Positions 55,132 to 64,000 of a DNA stretch of 64,000 bases are shown in pieces (positions within the stretch are counted from its first letter, which is position 1; each line of letters begins with the position of its first letter). The position numbers were made by a program, and so were the translations under genes. The stretch is from assembly GCA_964016885.1 (NCBI GenBank), contig OZ024743.1, forward strand, positions 194,494,001 through 194,558,000, given 5' to 3'. This stretch comes from Eledone cirrhosa. Its lineage: Eukaryota. The notes beneath the pieces are model-generated. The model was not told the origin of the DNA. It did not search any database and saw only the letters and a program-made list of their open reading frames with translations.

Positions 55132-56800
55132 TGCGTGCGTACGTGTGTGTGTGTGTTTATGTGTGTGTGTGTTATAAACTTATCAACGCTACGATGGTAG
55201 GCGTGCAATTGATATTAGGCAGAACAAGAAAGATACTTGGTTGGATAACATATATAAGCAGGAAGCCACGTTCGGTAGATAAAGCGACTTAAAAATCACT
55301 TGAACCTGATTCAGTAAATGAAACAATAAAAACAAAAACAAAAACAAAGAATGTCTCTAAAGGGGTTTGATAAAATTAATTACATAGCTATACAATGGCT
55401 CCAATGAACGGAAAATAAGAAAGGTAGCCTGAAAAATATTCAATCTCCTGTGGACTGCAAATCGTTGCAGATAAAGAAAAATATATTCAAAGCATTTGAG
55501 GACGTTTTTTATTATTTTCCCAAGGGAAGAGGAGGAGAAGGAAGGGAGGATGAGTAGGATGAAGGGGAATAGGAGGAAGAGTGATGTCCACTAACTATGT
55601 ACAGTATTCCAAACTGATGAGAAGAAACTCTAATATTCTATCAATACACTGCCATACGCTGGTTGGGATGCTGTACTGCTGTGTATAAGTCTGACAGAAT
55701 CTATTACAATGGTGGAAGAAAAGATTCAGAGAAAAGAAAATTATGTTGAGTGCTGGTTGTGACGGTGTGTTTAAGAATGAATCATTGTCAATCAACTATA
55801 TGATATTTGGGGGACGTAATTTAGTGCAGTTGGTCTGTATGTGTAATCAACCTTACTGTACCAGCTATGTTTTATAGAGGTTCATCCCCTTTTAAGAGCT
55901 GATGAAATGTATCTCTCATTCAGAGCCCAGCTATTAGCATTCAGTGATGGCAAAGATGTATACGTGACGATACCGTAAGAGATTATCTTAGTGAGGCTAG
56001 ACTTTAGGGGCTTTCAAAATATTGTATCTATGTGTGCGTATGCTAAACTGCTAATTCCTTGGTGTAGGATATAATAAATGTTAGCGGCGTTGAAGGATAT
56101 GACGTGAAAATATTTCTATCATAACCTATTTTCATAAATATGTTCATGTAAGAGGCTTTGGAGCGGTTAATGGACAGAGTCGTTAGAACCTCGGATAGAA
56201 TGCTTTACGATATTCCTTTCGGCTCCTAAAGACAACTTTTCCTTTTATCCTTTCGAGGTCGATAAGAACAGAACCAGTCCAGTAATGGGATCTATTCTTC
56301 CATTATATCCCTTTCTCAGTTTCTCTCTATTACTTTCATTCTTTCCTTCTCTGGAAGAAATCGACTGTGTTACGACATGGAGACGGGATGGGCTCCACCA
56401 GCTGCAAACATGTACAAGAAATGTTGGATATCACTATGGCGCTCCAACGATTCCATTAAATATTACAGAACAATTCATATAAAATGCTTTGTGCGTAGAT
56501 AACGTGTATGTGGATAGGAGTTCATATTAATTTCCTTAGTAACCAGAGTCTGTTAACAATTCATGATTACATCACTTAGCAATAAACGATCATTTAGCCA
56601 AGTCTCCATACTTCATGTATGTTCTATTTGTACACTGACAAATAACGACAATAAATATTGCCAAGTCATAATCTATAATATATTAAATTTATTAATAGAA
56701 ATTGTTATTACACTATCCTATAATGTGTTGACATAATAGCATATAAAGATATAATATAATATAATAATATATATATATATATATATATATAAATGAAAGG

Positions 56801-56833
<33 letters not shown>

Positions 56834-56834
56834 G

Positions 56835-56874
<40 letters not shown>

Positions 56875-56875
56875 G

Positions 56876-59211
56876 TAATAATAATAAATTTGAAGACAAA
56901 AATCAAAAGAGGGCTCGATGAGGATAAATATATATCAAATATATAAGAACCGTAGAGTAAATATTTAAAAAAATTTTGCAACCGGAGGATGACAGTAAGA
57001 CGATACTTTGGTTTGTGAAAACGTTCCCTGGCAAAGAACGGGAAAAAACGAAGATAATACGTCATTATATCGAGCGGTGAAAAACAATTACACGCAAAGA
57101 CAAAACCACCTTTATGGTATAAAAGAAGTCGTGGACTATAATATTCTATTAAGTGGTTCGTGGAGACGTTCTCTGGCAATGAACGGAAAAAACGAAGAAA
57201 ATACGTACTATGTGGAGCGGGAGAACAATTGCACGCAAAGACAAAACCACGTAAATGGTATAACTGAAGTCGTAGACTAAAATTCTAACTAGGAAACCGA
57301 ATGATTCTCGGCTTCAGAGTTAAGAATAAAGTAAATAAAATACAGAGGTAATTGAAATTAAATAAATACATACACGCATTCATATACGTACATACACAAT
57401 CATACGCGAAAACACTCGCCATAGGTATACAAATACAAGCACGTACACAAAAAAACCCGCGCGCACATACAGAACCCACGCAACGCCTCTACTCGCACAC
57501 ATACGAATGTATACACCAAATATACATAAAAATATATATAAAAAAATATATATATATATATGTGTGTGTGCGTGCGTCTATACATATAATTAAATAAACG
57601 TATATAAATAAATAAATAAGTATGTAACGCGCGCACACACATACCTACATGTACATACACATATGTTCGGAGACGTATGTCAACCAAAACATAAAGTACA
57701 CATATACAACACACCCTACATACGTACGAATCCGCATACTCACACAGACGCAAAACTCGCGAATACACATAACCAAATGGATATGTACCAGAATATATAA
57801 TATATACGCCATAACATATACAATCAAATATACGTACGAGAAAGTATACGTACTTTCACAAAACATACAGGTAATATATACTTGCCTATACAAATAAGTA
57901 ATGGTATAAACGTAACATATACTTAGCTACCACATCAAGACGTAGAATATCCGCGTATAGTTCGTAATATCCGTTAGGGTATAATGTGGGGCTGTAATAC
58001 AGGAAAGATTTGTGCAATTTATGTTTACAAGCCGAAATTGCCTCAGATTTTTTGTTTAAGATGTGGTCTTTGGCGTAGTGTATTTCCAGGGCCTCAGCGG
58101 CGCAGAGGTCACGTGGTCTTTTATTTCCGTTATACGATTTAGCCTTGGCTAGGATCTCCCAGTGTAACATATATTGGGTGTGGATATCTTTTAGACTCCA
58201 TATAGAAGCTGAAAGTGACGTCATATTCCTTCTTAAAGGGTTAAGAAAAGAATGGGTATGCATGTAAAGACGCTGCTTGAATCTATTGGCGGTTAACCCT
58301 ATATAGGCCCTACGGGACGTGGGTGTTTCAACCTTACATTTGTAGACAATGTTACTAGAGAGGCATTTTCGGGATAGGGGGCAGTCAACCCGATTCCTAC
58401 AATTACAGTTAGTACTAGCTACAGGGTCTCACGTGTTCCTACGGCTAGGTAGTTTAGCTAAATTTGAAGCTGTGATGTTATGTGCAAGGTTAGGAGTCGT
58501 AGAGTAAGAAATTTTAATGGTATTTCTATTAAAAATGTTACTATATTTATGTGTTGGGGGAAAATGCTTCTTAATAAGGGAGAGAAAGATCTTAGCTAAT
58601 GGTGTGGCCACCTCCATATTATATGGTGGGTTATACCAACAAATGCGTCGGGATCTATTTTTCTAGGTCCATTCTCGTACTCTGTATATGCTACCTTATC
58701 GACAAATCCACTCCGAGCAAGAACTTCATTGTAATATGTGGATTGGTCGTTGAAAATATGCTCGTTAGTAGATAGACGGGAAAACCCCAAAGAAACGTTT
58801 CTTACCAGGTTCTTGGTTATGCTGGCAGGATGGTTACTTATGTAATTAAGCGTATCATTCGGCTTTCTATACGTATTTTCTTCGTTTTTTCCGTTCATTG
58901 CCAAAGAACGTCTCCATGTACGACCTAATAGAATATTAGTCTACGATTTCTTTTATAACATAAACGCGGTTTTGTCTTTGCGTTTAATTGTTTTTCACCG
59001 CTCCAAATAATGACGTATTATCTTCGTTTTTTCCCGTTCTTTGCCAGGGAACGTTTCCACGAACCAAAGTATCGTCTTCCTGTCTTCCTCCGGTTGCAAC
59101 GTTTTTTGCAATATTTACTTCTGCGTTCACAGATTGATTTTTTTAGTTTCAGAAGATCCCGTTAAGGGTGAAAGCAGCAATTCTTTGCTTAAACTTTAAT
59201 CTATTATTTTG

Positions 59212-59218
<7 letters not shown>
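56876..59218 (-). mobile_element. 5'-truncated Penelope-like element with inverted pLTR
   Basis: Minus 58870-57950 encodes KPND..YISNHP, WYNPPYN, KHFP..HKY..IFNRNTIKISYS, CNC...CP, YIGLT..FKQR, DLCAAE and ILNKKSE. 58869-59100 is an inverted copy of 56975-57208; both ends abut (TA)n. Confidence 0.9.
59145..59195 (+). ncRNA. Variant hammerhead (family D; U4A core, CUU site)
   Basis: agttt-CAGAAGA-t-ccc(gttaa)ggg-t-GAAA-gca(gcaattctt)tg-CTT^aaact; same motif at 2184-2234. Confidence 0.6.
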
Positions 59219-59249
<31 letters not shown>

Positions 59250-59272
59250 GCATATATATATGCATATATATA

Positions 59273-59306
<34 letters not shown>

Positions 59307-59376
59307 TATATATATATATATATATATGCATATATATATATATATATATATATGCATATATATATATATATATATA

Positions 59377-59450
<74 letters not shown>

Positions 59451-59502
59451 TATATATATATATATATATATGCATATATGCATATATATATATATATATA
59501 TA

Positions 59503-59560
<58 letters not shown>

Positions 59561-59583
59561 CATATATATATAATATAAAAATG

Positions 59584-59762
59584 GCTTCTACAGGACTAGA
59601 ACTGTTTCATTCGGGAGAAATCATCAGGGGCTTCCTGGTGATTTCTCCCGAATGAAACAGTTCTAGTCCTGTAGAAGCGATTTCAATATTAATTAAATAT
59701 TTTTACCCTGTTATGTATTGTTGACCTTACTGTGATTACCCCCATTGAACCCGGGATAAACT
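59584..59762. repeat. Solo pLTR of a family C relative with back-to-back inverted hammerheads
   Basis: 59584-59678 palindrome with CTGATGA on the minus arm and CTGGTGA on the plus arm; the tail resembles 49505-49565. Confidence 0.8.
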
Positions 59763-59807
59763 TATGTATGTATACATACATACATATATATATATATACA
59801 TATATAC

Positions 59808-59869
<62 letters not shown>

Positions 59870-59879
59870 GGCATCTAAG

Positions 59880-59915
<36 letters not shown>

Positions 59916-61059
59916 CTTAGATGCCGAATTTTCTGCGTTGTATTTCAATATATATCTCCGAGAGTCTATGTCATGTCAACATTTTTGAGATCCGCTATAT
60001 GACTCCGACTTCTTTTTGAAGAAAAACTGCGGATATTTATATGCTCTCTAGTGGTGTAGAAGTAGAAGCCAGATCATCTCATCAGATACCATGTTACGAA
60101 ACATCATAACTAGGACATATGAAATAATGTTCGATACACTATTCATCTCAGAAGCGCCACAAGACGTATCACCAATAGCCCATTATGCTATTAACTTAGT
60201 CCTATCTGTTTCATACAATGCTATCATAGAGAGTAATGAAACAATAGTGATGGTATTTCTTTATTACAGATGAACATGTCACTCCAAGATCGGCAACTAA
60301 ATGTCTGCCGTACGTACGTGGTTCCAAGAAGTCTGTGTACTAAATTATTCTGGGTGGGTTGTTTTCTAATAAAACGTAATAAGTGCAAAAGTGCTTAGAC
60401 ATCAGATTTTATAGAAAAAAATAATTGTGTGAAACAAAGCAACTCTCTAACTTTTGGGTGCTATTTAGCTAACCGCAGACAGAAAAATAAAACAAAACAA
60501 ATGGGCAGATATTACAAACACCGTCAGTTTCAAGTAACAATATCATTTCACATTGACTTTATTCAAACAAGATATTGTACATATATGCGATATGCAAATA
60601 TATATTGTATGGCCGTAACTCTAAGGAGTTTCTTTAGTCTTGGAGTGGTTTTGCTATTCATCCCACACGGTATGCAAAAATCACCAACATTGCCAAGCAG
60701 GCTGGGTTATGTTCTCGCTGGGAGGTCACCTATATGCTAATTATATATATATTAACAATATTAATAAATGGAAAATATTTTATAATACCATGTTTATTTT
60801 ATTATACTAAATTTTAGTATGCTTTCATCAGATAAAATATATTTGGTATTACGATATTGACATACCTTAGCGTAAACTTAATAGTATGAGCTCGCTATCG
60901 GCAGTGAAGTAAACATTCAAAATCTCAAGGGATATAAGTTGACAAGGATACATTTAAACAGAAAAGGACCGTTATTATAGACGCTAGATAGATTTTGAAA
61001 GATAGCGTATTTATATTGGTCGTGAGGCGGTCGTTAGAGGGTGAAATATTAGAATTATG

Positions 61060-63767
<2,708 letters not shown>

Positions 63768-64000
63768 TGTACACAAACATACATATAAAAGGTATATATA
63801 TATATGTACATATATACATAAATACATTTGAATATTTATACACTCACGCAAACAAATAGACAAATGAATATGTGTGTGTGTGTATGTTTAATATACATAT
63901 ATAGCTGAAGTATATGTTAAGCAAGCGCGCGTTTTCAACCTTAACACCACACATCACCACCACATCCAGCAACAGAAAACATTAATACCCGCCAACAATA

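Overview
Repeat-saturated, AT-rich eukaryotic window with no recognisable host gene. It is probably cephalopod (Octopus-like), inferred from the SINE types and extreme (TA)n/(TG)n/(CTAT)n/(ATGT)n density. Most ORFs in the track are microsatellite translations. Real coding remnants are all decayed retroelements: a near full-length Tx1/L1 LINE plus a truncated relative in a (CTAT)n tract (13079-21490), three Penelope-like elements (RT + C-terminal GIY-YIG), and RTE, R4/Dong-like and CRE-like fragments. There are also a non-autonomous Helitron and tRNA-derived SINEs. The most striking signal is not in the ORF track: about 20 type I hammerhead-ribozyme motifs from roughly ten sequence families, folded by eye. 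They lie in short non-coding elements, mostly embedded in (TA)n tracts, arranged as tandem dimers, solo units or long fold-back palindromes. They include U3-A8 covariant cores, palindromes centred on ribozyme stem II, and a deletion ending at a predicted cleavage site. No activity is demonstrated.
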